A DNA stretch of 64,000 bases, from IMG/VR virus record IMGVR_UViG_3300045988_167652; one strand, written 5' to 3'. Shown here piece after piece: positions 8,019-21,157 of this stretch; positions within the stretch are counted from its first letter, which is position 1, and the number at the start of each line of letters is the position of its first letter. Origin of the DNA: a virus. The notes beneath the pieces were generated by a model. It was not told the origin of the DNA. It worked only from the letters and a program-made list of their open reading frames with translations, and ran no database searches. A program made the position numbers and the translations under genes.

Positions 8019-10361
8019 ATGAATTACAAATCCTTTCCAAGATAGAATCTTTCTTATAAGAAAAAAGATAAATAGTGGAGAAAAGATCATTTAGATTGGG
8101 CGGAATCTAATGGTTATTTTTATAATTCTTCTGTAAGAAAATCAAGAAGGAATAAGATTATTAATCGTAATCTTATTGATGGTATCATACACATGGAAGA
8201 TGTAATAAGTATTCTTAATCCTTTAGGAATAACTGATTCTTATAATCCTGAATAGATATAGCATTATCCTGTTATCAATTCAAAACTTAATCTTTTAAAG
8301 GGAGAAGAATCTTCAAGACCTTATGATTTTAGAGTAATTATAACTAATCCCACTTCAATTTCAGAAATTGAAAAAAGTAAGAAAGAAGAATGGAAATAGA
8401 GAATTATTCAGGAAGTACAAGACACATCAATTACTGAAGAATAGTTTAATCAAAATATACAAAGATTAGATCATTATTATAATTATGAGTGGAAAGATTT
8501 AAGAGAAATAAGAGCTAATGCTTTACTTAATCATTATACAAAAGAACTGGATGTTCATGTAAAGTTTAATGATGGTTTTTCAAATGCTCATACTTATGGT
8601 GAAGAAGTATATTTAATAGATATAGTAGGTGGAGATGTTTCTTTGGAAGTACTTGATCCTGTATATATTTCTACTTATGGAAATAGTAGAAGTAGTCATA
8701 TTGAAGATTCGGATATAATTATTATAGAATAGTATTGGTCTAAAGGAAAAATATATGACACTTATTATGATATTCTTTCAAAAGCAGATATAAATAAACT
8801 TGAAAGTAATAAATATGATAGATTATCTAATTATTCGGATCAAGTAGGTATTGATATGCAGGGAGCTATTATAAATAGTCTTGAATTATTTTCAGATAAT
8901 TTCAGCGCTGAATATGAAGATAGTGATGGTAATATTAAGGTACTTAGATTATTTTGGAAATCAAGAAGAAAAATTAAAAGAGTAAAAAGTTATGATTAGT
9001 TTACAGGAGAAGAAATATATGATTTTTATCCTGAAGACTATGTTATTAATGAAGATTTAGGAGAAACTGAAGAAATATATTGGATTAATGAAGCATGGAG
9101 AGGAACTAAAATAGGTAAGGATATTTATGTAGATATGAGACCTTGTCCTGTATAGTTTAATTCCTTAACTAATCCTTCAAGATGTCATTTTGGTATTATA
9201 GGAGAATTGTATAATGTAAATGGAGGAAGACCTTATTCTTTAGTAGATATGATGAAGCCTTTATCCTATTTTTATGATATAGTTCATTATAAATTAAATG
9301 AAGCTATTATTAATAACTGGGGTTCAATTATGACTTTTGATAAGGCTAAAGTTCCTGATAATATGGGATTGGAATAGTGGTTATATATGATTAAAGCGCA
9401 TCATATTAAAATAGAAGATAGTTTTAAAGAAGGTAATATAGGAGCAGCTACAGGTAAATTGGCAGGATATTTAAGTCAAGGAGAAAAATCTTTACTAAAT
9501 GCGGATAATGGATAGTATATAGGTTATCTTTAGAATGTACTTGCTTACATAAAACTTGAACTTCAGGAATTGGTAGGTATTACTAAACAAAGAGAGGGTC
9601 AAATATCTAATAGGGAAACTGTAGGAGGAGTTGAAAGAGCTACTTTACAATCTTCTCATATTACTGAATGGTTATTTATTAAACATAATAACTTAAAGAA
9701 AAGAGTTCTTGAAGCTATTCTTGAAACAGCTAAAATAGCCTTAAGAGGTAGAAAATATAAGTTTTTATATATCCTTCCTAATGGTATTGAAAAATTAATA
9801 GAGATTGATGGGGATCAATTTTCAGAACATGATTATGGATTAGTAGTTGAAGATGATAGATATACATAGGAATTAAAAGGTAAGATAGATACTTTGGCTT
9901 AGGCTGCTTTACAAAATCAAACTTTATCCTTTTCAACTATTTTACAATTATATACTAACAGTTCATTAATGGCTAAACAAAGATATATTGAAAGGGATGA
10001 ACAGGAAAGAAAACAAGAATCTCAGAATATACAATAGCAGCAAAATGAACTTGCATAGCAGGAATTAGCTCAAAGAAAAGAACAGGAAGAATTAAGAATG
10101 CAGTTTGAAGATTAGAAAAACATAAGAGATAATGAAACTAAACTTATGATTGCTAAACTTAATAGAGAATCTATACTACATGATAATGAAGATAATTATA
10201 ACCCTGATAATTTATCTAAAGAAGAATTAATGGAAAAAATAAGACAATTTGACACTAAAATGAAATTTGAAAACAAAAAGCTTGATTAGGAAAAACAATT
10301 AAAATTAAAAGAATTAAGTCTTAGAAACGATAAATCTATTGATAATTTAAAAAGTAAATGA
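8019..10361 (+). CDS. Portal protein
   Basis: 780 codons in a single frame. I hand-translated the N-terminal ~140 codons and 8940-9640. Portal-like core ...GITKQREGQISNRETVGGVERATLQSSHITEWLF... Located immediately after TerL. TGA at 10359. Confidence 0.8.
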
Positions 10362-10458
10362 TTTATTTATTTAAATAATACATATAATAATTTGATTTAA
10401 TAGTTCATTTAGTAGTAATTTAGCAGAAAATTTGAATTAATTTTTAATTATATATGAA

Positions 10459-12327
10459 ATGAATATCTTTTATGGACATAACAAGTGTGAACAAGATAAG
10501 AAAATATCTTGTTTAAAGAGTTATACACAGTGGTTATTATGTATTTCAGAAAGGGTTAAAGATGTACTGATGGAAAGAAATTTAATGACTGAGTAGGAAG
10601 GATATGAAAAAATGCCTTCAATTATCGGTAGAGCATTAAATAATATGAATTAGAATCCAACTCCTAATCCTAATTAGAAAACTGAAAAACCGCTTACTAT
10701 TATTCCTTAGTTTAATTCTTCTTAGAATGAATTAATATATGATGAACCTAATACAGTTTATACTCCTGTAAAAATCATTAAAGATAATAATCTTATTTCA
10801 CAGAATATAATAAAAGGAGTGACTATTTATGGTGTTACAGGTACTAAGGAATGTAATGGAGGGGGTGGAGGAAGTACTTGTCCTGATACAAGTACTTTGA
10901 CTATTCCTTTGAATTTAATGCATTATAAGACATTCAATGCTCCTCCGGGTATAGTATTTAATAAAGTACTTCTTGATGCGAGTTATTATGAAAATACTAC
11001 TGTGCAGGCAGGTTCAAAATTAAATGGTATTTATATGAACTGTACTGTTCCTACAGGTTCTAATCCTCTTAATCTTCAAACATTAGATATATATAATAAT
11101 ACTTTTTAGGATAGTGATATTGTTAATTCTCCTTCAGGAACTGCTTACAATAAAGTAGTAAACCATATTCCCAAATATATTAATCAGCAAGTTACTTCAG
11201 GAAGTACTTTAAATGGTTTATATATTAATTGTACTGTTCCTTCAAACGGTGGTGGAGGTACTCAACCATAGATTAATGTTATTCCATATAATAAAACAGT
11301 AACTTCAAAATCATAGTTACCTAATAATGAATAGGCACCTTCAGGTTCAGCATACAGTCCTATTACTGTAAGTATTCCTGATACTCATGATATTTATAAT
11401 AAATCACAAGTACTTACAATAGGAAGTCTGCAAAATACAAGTGCTGTAGAACCCCATGTTCTTGAAGGATTTACTTTTTATATGAAGAATCATGCTAATC
11501 AATTAAAATTTAAAACAGGTTCTATTCCTAATTGTGGTAATGTAGAACAGCAAGCACCATTTGAAGCCAATAATTGTTATTTTCAACATATAAGAATTAC
11601 TGGTAGTGGTGGTGGAGGTTCTGGAAATGAAAATCCTATAAGTAAGTCAAGATTTAATTTACTTGCTACTGATGGAAGTAATATAGGAAATGAGATTTTA
11701 GTATTAAGTAAAGAATAGTTTATTGCTAATCCTTCTTTTTTATATGCAGGATTTACAATATCGGTTTAGGGTGGAACTTATTTTTTTAGAGTGTAGGGAT
11801 TTAGTATTGGTTTAAATAAAACTATATTTTCATCTTATTCAAATAATATAGTATATCCATCAAATAATGATGCTTTCAAATTGGATAATAATCCTTAGGC
11901 AAGTTTGACTTCTTCAAAAACAGGATTAATACAATCTTTATGGTGGATGTCTAATTTTGGAAGACTTAATCCTCCTGAAGGGGAATATGCAGTATTTAAT
12001 AGTGTTCCATATAAAGCTATTCAAAGTGGATACAATTTATTAAGTGCTTATGAATGGAAAGCATTAAATACTTATTTTATAGAAGGAAATTAGGAAAATA
12101 TATGGGATTATTTAGAAAATATTCAGGATTCAAGAATAGGACTTTCATGGAATAATGGTAGAATATGGACTACTACCCCTGTAATGCATGGAGGATAGTT
12201 AAAGGTATGGTCTGCCAGTATAGCAGGTAAAAATGGAGTAAGTTTACATATTGAAAACATGAATACTTAGCTGTTAGGTGTTGATGCTACTAAATATGTT
12301 TCCATATCTCTTTATGATGGATTATAA
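10459..12327 (+). CDS. Tail-fibre or receptor-binding-type protein with internal repeats and poly-Gly linkers
   Basis: Track fragments 10819, 11482 and 11905 share the frame of ATG 10459. Repeated LNG[IL]Y[MI]NCTVP units, GGGG[ST] linkers, TAA at 12325. Confidence 0.6.
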
Positions 12328-12347
12328 TATATAAATAAAATATTAAT

Positions 12348-12737
12348 ATGAAAAACTTTGAACAATATTTAAAAAATCAGAATATAAACATCTCAGAATG
12401 TGGAGGAAATCTTTATGAAACATAGTTATATTATGGTAATGGAATGATGAATCCGGAGGAATGTTCTATTTATATACCATAGAATCAAGTATAGCAAGTT
12501 CCTTGTGGTTGTGGTAAGACTTCTTACTCTCCCAGAGAATACAGTAAAAGAGGATGGATAGCTAATAATGATTGTATTACTGTAACAAGGCAAAGTGATT
12601 GTAATACTTCAGTTTTTCCTAAAGGTAATTGTGGTAATGTTATGTTACATCTTCATAATGTACATGTTCAAAAGGATATGTTTCATATGATTAAATCATT
12701 AAAAAAAATTACAAAAGAACTTTTAAATGAACTTTGA
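12348..12737 (+). CDS. Cys-rich hypothetical protein (129 codons), possibly a fibre accessory protein
   Basis: Hand translation with 3 in-frame TAGs and TGA at 12735. Embedded between fibre genes. Confidence 0.5.
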
Positions 12738-12738
12738 T

Positions 12739-13866
12739 ATGTTAAACGATAAAGATAATATATATAACCATATAGGCATACCATAGCCTACACAGTTTGA
12801 TTAGGATGATATTTCTTCCGAAGGATTCGATAAATATGATACTATCGTAGAAAGTATCAAATTATCTATTTATCTTAAACAGATAAAAAAACTTCTTATT
12901 AAGAAGAATATTATTTAGGAGAATACTCCACTGTCAGATTGGATAATGTTTTTAGATGCTAATACAGCATAGTAGAATTATCTTATAGTAGACAGTATCG
13001 ATGATAGAAATCTTATTAATAAGCCTGCTTCAGGATTATTAGTTTTTTGTAAGTCTGAATAGGAATTATTTATTAGAGTAGGTTCATAGTGGTTATCATT
13101 ACCTATAAAAATGGGTTCATACCTATCTGTATTTAATGGGACATTATCTATTAATATTCCTAAAATTATTCAAGACTTTAATATTAATACTGGAGGTGGT
13201 GGTTCTATAGTTTAGGTATAGGCTGATTATAATGAAACTAATTCTTCGTCTCCTGCATATATTAAAAATAAGCCTACTATTCCTACTAAAGTATCATAGC
13301 TTTAGAATGATTCTGAATTTATTACTAAAGAAGTAAATAACCTAACCAATTATCATACTAAAGTTGAAATACAAACTCTTATTAATGAGCTTGTAAAAGA
13401 TTCTGAATTACAAAATAAAGTACTTCAGATTATTAATAATAATTTATCCGCTGTAAATAATTATAAAATATATGAGAGATATGATTAGTTTCCTACAAAT
13501 CCTAATAAAGGGACATTAGCTTATGCTTAGGACACTAAAAAAGTTTATATTTATAAAGATAGTTGGGAAGAATGGAAACCTGGTGGAGATTCTGAATACC
13601 ATGTAGTAAATAATATAGCTGAAAGAGATTAGTTAACTGCTACTGAAGGACTTCTTTGTTATGTAAAAGATGGTGGTGGGAATAATCCTAAACTTTTCTT
13701 ATATACTGGAGGAACTTGGATAGAACAACCTATTAAATTCGATGCAAATACATTAGTTATTTCTAATGGAGAATTGAAAGTTATAGGTGGAGGAGGAGGT
13801 GGTGGAGGTACTACTGATACAGTAGTTACTGTAACCACTGATTATATAGATAGTTTATTTAATTAA
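12739..13866 (+). CDS. Tail fibre protein
   Basis: Hand translation of 375 codons. Contains the widespread phage-fibre motif ADYNETNSSSPAYIKNKPTIPTKVS-Q-L-Q-NDSEFIT (both Q are TAG). GGGGS and G8 linkers. TAA at 13864. Confidence 0.65.
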
Positions 13867-13891
13867 TTCATATTAAAATAGAAAAATAATT

Positions 13892-16800
13892 ATGGCAATT
13901 ATAAAAACACTGACCGAAAATGATAATTCGATAAAATATTTTGCAGATAAAATTAAAGCTAATTTTGTAAAGAAAGACGGAAATAAGTAGTTATCAGACG
14001 AAAATTATACTTTACAAGAAAAGCAAAAACTTCAAGGTTTATCCGATTATACTCTTCCTGTAGCTGATGAAAATACGCTTGGAGGAGTTAAGATAGGTGA
14101 AGGTATTAATAAAGCTCCTGATGGTACTATTTCAGTAACTTCAAGTGGTAGTGGAAGTGGTGGTACTATAACTACTGTAGACATATCGAATGATTTTTTT
14201 GAATCAATAAATAATCAAACTGTAGGAGAAATGTCATGTTATCTTACACTATCTGGTAATATTGTAAGTGGTAGAATACTTATTAATGTCAAAGGGTAGC
14301 ATGATTTTAGTATGGGAAATCATTTAACCTTAGGTAAGATTAAAAATAAATATGTTCCTGTTCACGGTATATGGGAACATATAATGTATCGTATTAAACC
14401 TTTTGATTCTTGGACTGAAGGTGTAGATGATGTAGGTTCGTATTCAATTAATGATGAAGGTTATTTTCACATAGATGTAATAAAATAGAATGAATGGGCA
14501 ATAGGAACAGGCCATTTGTTTGTAGTAGATATTGTTTATGCTGTTAAAAATACTTCTTCAGGAGGTGGTGGAGGAGGAGGAACTTCTCTTACTACTGATG
14601 AAGAAGATACTACAAATGTAAATAATAAAATTAAGTTTGCAGATAGAGAATATGATCCTGATGCCTTTTCAGGATTAGGTAGAAAAATACTTAGAAAGAA
14701 TATTCAAGGAGGTAAGAATATCCTTACTTAGGATAAAATAAATAGAGAAAATACAGTATATATTATTAGATATGATTATAATCTTAATAACACTTTGATT
14801 AATATTCCTAATAATGTTACATTAAAATTTGAAGGAGGTAGCTTTAAGAATGGAACTATTAAAGGTTATAATATAACTATTGAAGCTAATTATCCTGTAT
14901 TTGATCATACTATTACTATTATTCCTAATTCTTTAAAGGATAATATTCTTGATTTACAGTGGTTCAAAATGTATAAGTGGACAGTTCCCGAATATATTGC
15001 TAATCATAAAAATGCAAGTGCTGTTATTCCTGATATTAATAATATAATTGTAAATAAACATCTACAATATAATTTATTAGTTCCTATAGGAATTTATCCT
15101 TTCAATGATCATATTAAAATCCTTGAAAAATATAATATTCATGGATAGCAATTTGATTCCGGAGGTACATTAAATATAATAGGTAAAGGAGATAATTCAG
15201 ATGTAGGAGCTTATACAAGAAGTGCATTTGTATTTCCTAAAGGTAAAGGATTTTATTGGTTTAAAGGTTCTATAGATTGTAATTCTTCAAAAATAAAAAA
15301 CATGTATTTTGAAGCTAAAGACAATATATTTCATTTATGGGGCCAATTTATAAATATAGAAAATATAACTGATAGAACTCCAAATGCTTTTCATAATGGA
15401 TTGTTTGAAAATATAGAATTATATTCTTAGGAAGGAAGCGGATTTTATTCTCCGTCAAACTATGCTACTTATATATTTCAAAATACATATAGAAAAATTA
15501 AGTGTAGGGTAACAACTGAAGGCAAAGGATTTTTCTATGGAATGTGTACTTTAGGTAATGAATATATAGATATATCGGACTTGTTTTATGACTTATCAGG
15601 TATAAACTTTACTGAGAAAAACTTCGCTGCTTTTGTTAATATGTCTGCCTATGTTACTAATGCTAATTTGGACGATGATAAATATGTGTTTTATTACAAA
15701 GCTACATAGGAAAGTAATCCATATGAAGATTAGGCATGTAGATTTTTTGCAGATAAATGTAACTTTGAACGTATAGAAAATAATATAGTATATACTGAAG
15801 GAGTATATGTATCTATGGAAATAGATATTAGAAGGTCAGCAATGCAATATCAAAATGTATTTCAAGGAGTGCTATGTGAATGTAGTAGAGTAAGATCATT
15901 TGCTATATATAATAATTATTTTGGTAATGTAGCCAATGATAAAATACTTAAAGTAAATAAAACTCATGACATACCTAACATAGAGACAGATATTGATTTA
16001 TTAGTAACCTATGCTGATGATGCTTCAGGAAATAATAAAGTATTAGTTCCGAGAGGTAATAAAATAGGTAAATGGTCAAGTAATAAAAACTTCGATTATT
16101 CCTATTTAACTACTGTTGGTTGGGTTAATCCGTAGTATTATAAAGTACTTGATGTAGATTATCTTAAAACAGGATTAACACTTAAAGAAGTACAAACAAT
16201 AAAAGATACGGACGACATTAATAATAATGCTACTCTTTTAAAAAGTGATTCTTTAATATTTGAAAAGACTGTTCCTTATACTTTAAATTTATTTTTAGCA
16301 GGAGTCAACCAGTTAACTTGGAAAGCATTTACAGGAAAGATATTCAGAATAATGAATCACGGTGCTCCTTTAACTATTAATACGGATAAAGGAAGTGTAG
16401 TTATTCCTAAAGGTATTTATGTAGATGTAAAATATGTCCTTAATAAATTTGAAATAGTTGAAAGCGGATAGAAAAAATATCCTACCATAGAAAACTTTCC
16501 TGTTGTATATGAAGGAGACTTGATTGTTTAGGATGAAAATAATATCTTTATGGTTAAAAGGGGTAATGGTAGTATTTTTATTCCTTCAACTTATAAAAGA
16601 AACAAATTAGGAAATTATGAATCTCACAGATAGGATCAAGATTTCTTTAATCAAGTAAATAAAGCTTCTAATACTATAATAGAAGATAATAAAGTATATT
16701 GGTGTATATAGTCTGGAACTACCTCAAATCAGGAAACTATTACATTTAATAATGCTACTTTAGGAGCAGAAACTGTAGATGGTTCAGTTAAATGGATGTA

Positions 16801-17098
16801 TATGGGAGAAGCTCCTGAAGTAGTTAAAATTAATACTGGAGGTAGTGGAATTTCAAACATACAAACCAAAGTTATAACTTTAAATCTTCAAAGTCATACA
16901 GGAACTACTATTACTGTTCCTTGTGAAGGAGTGACTAACACTAATACTATTATAGTAGCTCCTGAACCTGCAAGTCAAAAGAATTATATGGATATGGGAT
17001 TATATGCTGCTGCATAGTTATAGGGAAATATAATTTTTAATAAGAAAGCATAGGCTTTTGATACTCCTATTAAAGTTAATGTACTTATATCAAATTGA
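13892..17098 (+). CDS. Large tail fibre or tailspike protein (1068 codons)
   Basis: Track fragments 14516, 14795, 15815 and 16796 share the frame of ATG 13892; I hand-checked the gaps. N-terminal fibre motifs LSDENYTLQEKQKL and TLGGVKIGEGI. Gly-rich linkers. TGA at 17096. Confidence 0.65.
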
Positions 17099-17124
17099 TA
17101 AATATTAATCAATAATTAAAAGTT

Positions 17125-17586
17125 ATGATATTTAATTAGGATACAACAGTAGAGGGTAGCTCCACTAATTTTAGTGGGGCTACTACTACTTAGTCTGGTA
17201 TGAATATTGATTGTATTCTTAGATTTAATAGAGGTACTTATGACATATCCGGATAGAAAAAATATAAGGCCATTACTTTTACTCCTACGGATAGAGAAAT
17301 TATACTTAAATATCGTGCTAATATAAAATATGAGTTTTTAGATGATAATATACAGATTAAAATTACTGATATATCTAATAATGAAACAAGATCGGTATAT
17401 ACTTCCAATGAACCTTAGACAGTTGATATATCAGGATACTTTGGTATAGACATTCCTGTAAAAGTAGAAGTAATTAATAGTGAAAATGTAAAACTGATTC
17501 ATGAAAAAAAGACAATTGATCCTACGGAAGAAATATACCAAAATAAAAGGGTTTATATAATTACAGATTATTATACAGTAAAATAA
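17125..17586 (+). CDS. Hypothetical protein (153 codons) between fibre and spike genes
   Basis: Hand translation with 4 in-frame TAGs. TAA at 17584. Confidence 0.5.
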
Positions 17587-17600
17587 AAATTTAATTTGTC

Positions 17601-19556
17601 ATGATAATAAACACACAAAATCATTGTAATAATATTATCACTTTGGAAGATTTAAAAGCTTCTCAGCCTAATAAACATTGGATTATTAATAATGATATTC
17701 ATATTCCTGATGGAGAACATACGATAGGTAATATATCTATAGAATTTCTTAATGGAAAATTTACAGGTAATGGAACATTAAATTTTAATTATGTTACTTT
17801 AGTAGCTAATGAAAAGAAATGTATTATAGATAATTCTATTACTTGTTTAGGAAAAATAACTAATCATAAGGTATATACAGATTGGTTTGGATTAACTCCT
17901 AATAATAAAAATATAGATTATTCAGTTAAAATTAATTAGATAATTGATCTTTTATCTGTAGGTACTGTATATTTTCCTAAAGGAAGTTTTTATATAGGAA
18001 GCCCTATTTATCAAAAATGTGGAATTGATTTAGAGGGATATAGAGCATCACTTGAAGGAGTTAATCAAGGAACTTGTTTCTTTTTAAAAGAAAATCCTTC
18101 TCAAAGTATGTTATAGAATAAATGTTTTATTCTTATAAATACTATACAATCAAATCCTAATTAGTCTAATGGATGGATAGTAGCTTATCCGGCTAAAGAA
18201 ACCTGTGTAAAAGATATTTATTTTTATAATTCATATCATAAAAAAGAAGAAAAGTATAGAGGATACAAAGCAATTCTTGCAGCAGGAAAATTCTTAGTAG
18301 AAAGATGTCATTTTGATGGTATTGATTAGGCTGTATGTGTAAATCATTCGGTTTATATAGATAATAAAATGGTTCATGATTGTGTGTATTGGACTTATGG
18401 ATTACTGTATGATCATTCAGATTTACCTGCATTTGATTTATCAGGGTTAGGTGATGGTCTTTCTTTTATAAGAAACAGTGCTAATTCAGATACAGTACTT
18501 AAACTTAGTATGTGTATGGGAGGACTTATTTAGAACAATATCTTACATGGAGGAATTGAAATTGACGGATGTAAAAATATTAGAATTGATTCTAATCACA
18601 TGGAAAGATGGAAAAGTAAAACATAGATGAGAATCAATAGTTCTCAAGTAGTTGTTTCTAATAATTTTATGTGGAAAGAATCAATTCCTAATATATCTAT
18701 CGGTAAGAAAGGTGATTTTGATGATAATGTTTCAGAGTGTGTAGTATCTTTAGAAAATAATAATTTTATGTATTATGAGAATGAAGATGCTTCATAGGTA
18801 GATATAGGATGTGAATATGATATTGAACTGAGTAAAAAATCTTCTTTAAGTATTGCTAATTGTTTTAGATATATTACTTTTAGAAATAGAATAAATTCTA
18901 CTTATCCATGCGGTATTAAAATAAAAAGTACTGATGGATTATCTATTAATAGTTTTAATTATAAAAGCCACTTACTTAGTAAAAGATGTATTATATCTAA
19001 GAATAATAAAATAAACGAAATAATACATTATGATGTACCATCATTAGTTATTCCTGTATTTCAAACTAATACAGGTATATTATGGAAAGGAAAACAAGAT
19101 ACTGTAAGATACTTTTATGAGTTTAGTGTTTTATTAGATAAAGACAGATAGTTACGAGGAATAAACACTACATCATAGCAAGCAGATATTGGAAAAAGTT
19201 CTGGTGGAATATTAATAAAAATAGCAGATTTAGAAAATAAACCTAATCAGGGGATGATGTTATGTATTAAAAGAACACATCATGATGGTGGAAATTAGAT
19301 AATTAAATATTGTGTTATCCCCGTATTATCTTAGTATTTATATGATAACGGATTAAATATTAATGGATTTCCTTACACAGATGAAGCCATATAGACAGTA
19401 AATATTGCAAAAGGAATTACTTATAAAGGAGATAATGTGGAAACTATTCAAGATGCAAAATCGAATGGTGGAGTTTGGAAAACTGGGGATAAAGTAATTT
19501 ATACTTCAGGAACTAATACTTTTTCTATATATACAACCACATGGAAACATTTTTAA
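17601..19556 (+). CDS. Tailspike, putative polysaccharide depolymerase (beta-helix or pectate-lyase-like)
   Basis: 651 codons. N-terminal pattern VYTDWFGLTP...IDYSVKIN-Q-IIDLLSVGTVYFPKGSFYIG is typical of pectate-lyase-superfamily tailspikes. The periodic hydrophobic and Asn-rich body suggests beta-helix repeats. Confidence 0.6.
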
Positions 19557-19558
19557 TT

Positions 19559-20215
19559 ATGAAGAATATATTTAAACATATAAAAAGATTAGCTAAATGC
19601 GGTAAGGTAAGAGCATTTTCAGGTATTGTACTTTGTATAGGAATTATACTCTTATTGTTCAAAACAGTTCAAAATAATATTAGAAGTTATCAAACAGAAT
19701 ATGAAAGAGCCATATCTAATGAAAAAGCTCTTATACTTGAATTAAGTTAGACTAAAGAAGATAACAGAGTATTATAGTTAAGGACTGAATAGTTAGCATA
19801 CTTTAAAGATTCTATTACTAAAGAGATGATCAGTATAAAAGAAGATTTAAAAATTAAAGATAAGCGACTAAAAAGTATTTACTATCTTAATTACAAGATA
19901 AACAAAAAAGATACTATAATATTTAAAGATACGGTAATTAATTATAAAATTCTTCAAGTAGATACTTTGATTAAAGAAGCATGGTATTCACTCGATTTAA
20001 AACTTGAATATCCTAATAAGGTAATTGTTAATCCTGAATTTAAAAGTGATTTATTTATATATCAAACAATTCAAAAAGAAACTATAAAACCGCCTAAGAA
20101 ATTCTTTTTATGTAGATTATTTCAAAAAAAGCATAAGGTTATAAGAGTTCATATAGTAGAAAAATCTCCTTATGTAAATATAGAAAAAACAAGATTTATA
20201 GATATTATCCCTTAA
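19559..20215 (+). CDS. N-terminally membrane-anchored protein (lysis-cassette member, spanin- or holin-like)
   Basis: One TM segment (AFSGIVLCIGIILLLF) followed by a coiled coil. Fragments 19541 and 19826 share a frame, joined across 3 TAGs. TAA at 20213. Confidence 0.5.
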
Positions 20216-20229
20216 ACAATATATTCATC

Positions 20230-20589
20230 ATGGCTGTAGAGGTTATTATTGCGCTTATATCTGCTGCTTCAGGTATTATTGGTTCTATTATTACTTGGTT
20301 AGTAAGTAGAAAAAAAGAAAATGCGGAAACCAATAAAGTAAAAATAGAAGCAAACAGAGAAGCATTTAATTTTTATAAAGATGCGTTAGAAAATGCATCT
20401 AAACAATATAATGAATGTATTGAAATAAGTAATATGAATCGAAGAATAGTATAGGAATTACAAAGTCAAGTATTAAAACTAAGTGATTTAGTGTTTGATA
20501 TTCTTAGAGAGGTGGATTTAGATAGTTCTAAAAAAGAAAATTATATACACAGATTAAAAAATATAACCGATTATGAAATTAAAAATTGA
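20230..20589 (+). CDS. Small N-terminal TM protein (holin- or spanin-like)
   Basis: TM segment VEVIIALISAASGIIGSIITWLV followed by a charged coiled coil. One in-frame TAG (20452). TGA at 20587. Overlaps the next gene by 17 nt. Confidence 0.5.
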
Positions 20590-20980
20590 AAGAAAATATT
20601 TAAAAGAAGAGTATACAATAGGTAAATTATCTATTAATAATGTTTACTTTTGTGATACTTTAGAAGATAAAGTGAGAAATCTTCCTAAAGAACCTAAAGT
20701 ATATGGATAGACTGCTATTCCTTATGGTACTTATGAAATTAAAATGATGTATTCTCCAAAGTTTAAAAAGAATATGCCATATTTACTTAATGTACCTTAT
20801 TTTTAGGGAATTATGATACATTCTGGAAATTCAGCATAGGATTCACTCGGCTGTGTACTCGTGGGGAAAAATAAAATAAAAGGTAAAGTAATTGAAAGTA
20901 AAGCTGCCTTTGATAAGCTGTATATAAGAATAAATGAAGCTATACAAAACAATGAAAAAGTAACAATTGAAATTGTATAA
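20573..20980 (+). CDS. Putative endolysin or peptidoglycan hydrolase (DUF5675-like, with a YkuD-like His...SxGC motif)
   Basis: Hand translation MKLKIERKYLKEEYTIGKLSINNVYFCDTLEDKVR...GIMIHSGNSA-Q-DSLGCVLVG. Resembles the DUF5675 family common in Bacteroidota phages. 3 in-frame TAGs. Confidence 0.55.
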
Positions 20981-21157
20981 TCTATAAAAATTAAATGAAA
21001 TAAATTTTTTATTTACCTACATGTAACATAAACACAATTATTTACTTATTAAAAATGATTTATAAACAGATTTTATTAAATCGTAAATTGTGTTTTTCTT
21101 TGCATAAAGTTTTAAAATCAGGAGTAAAATAATAATAATAATTTAAATTAAAAAGCA

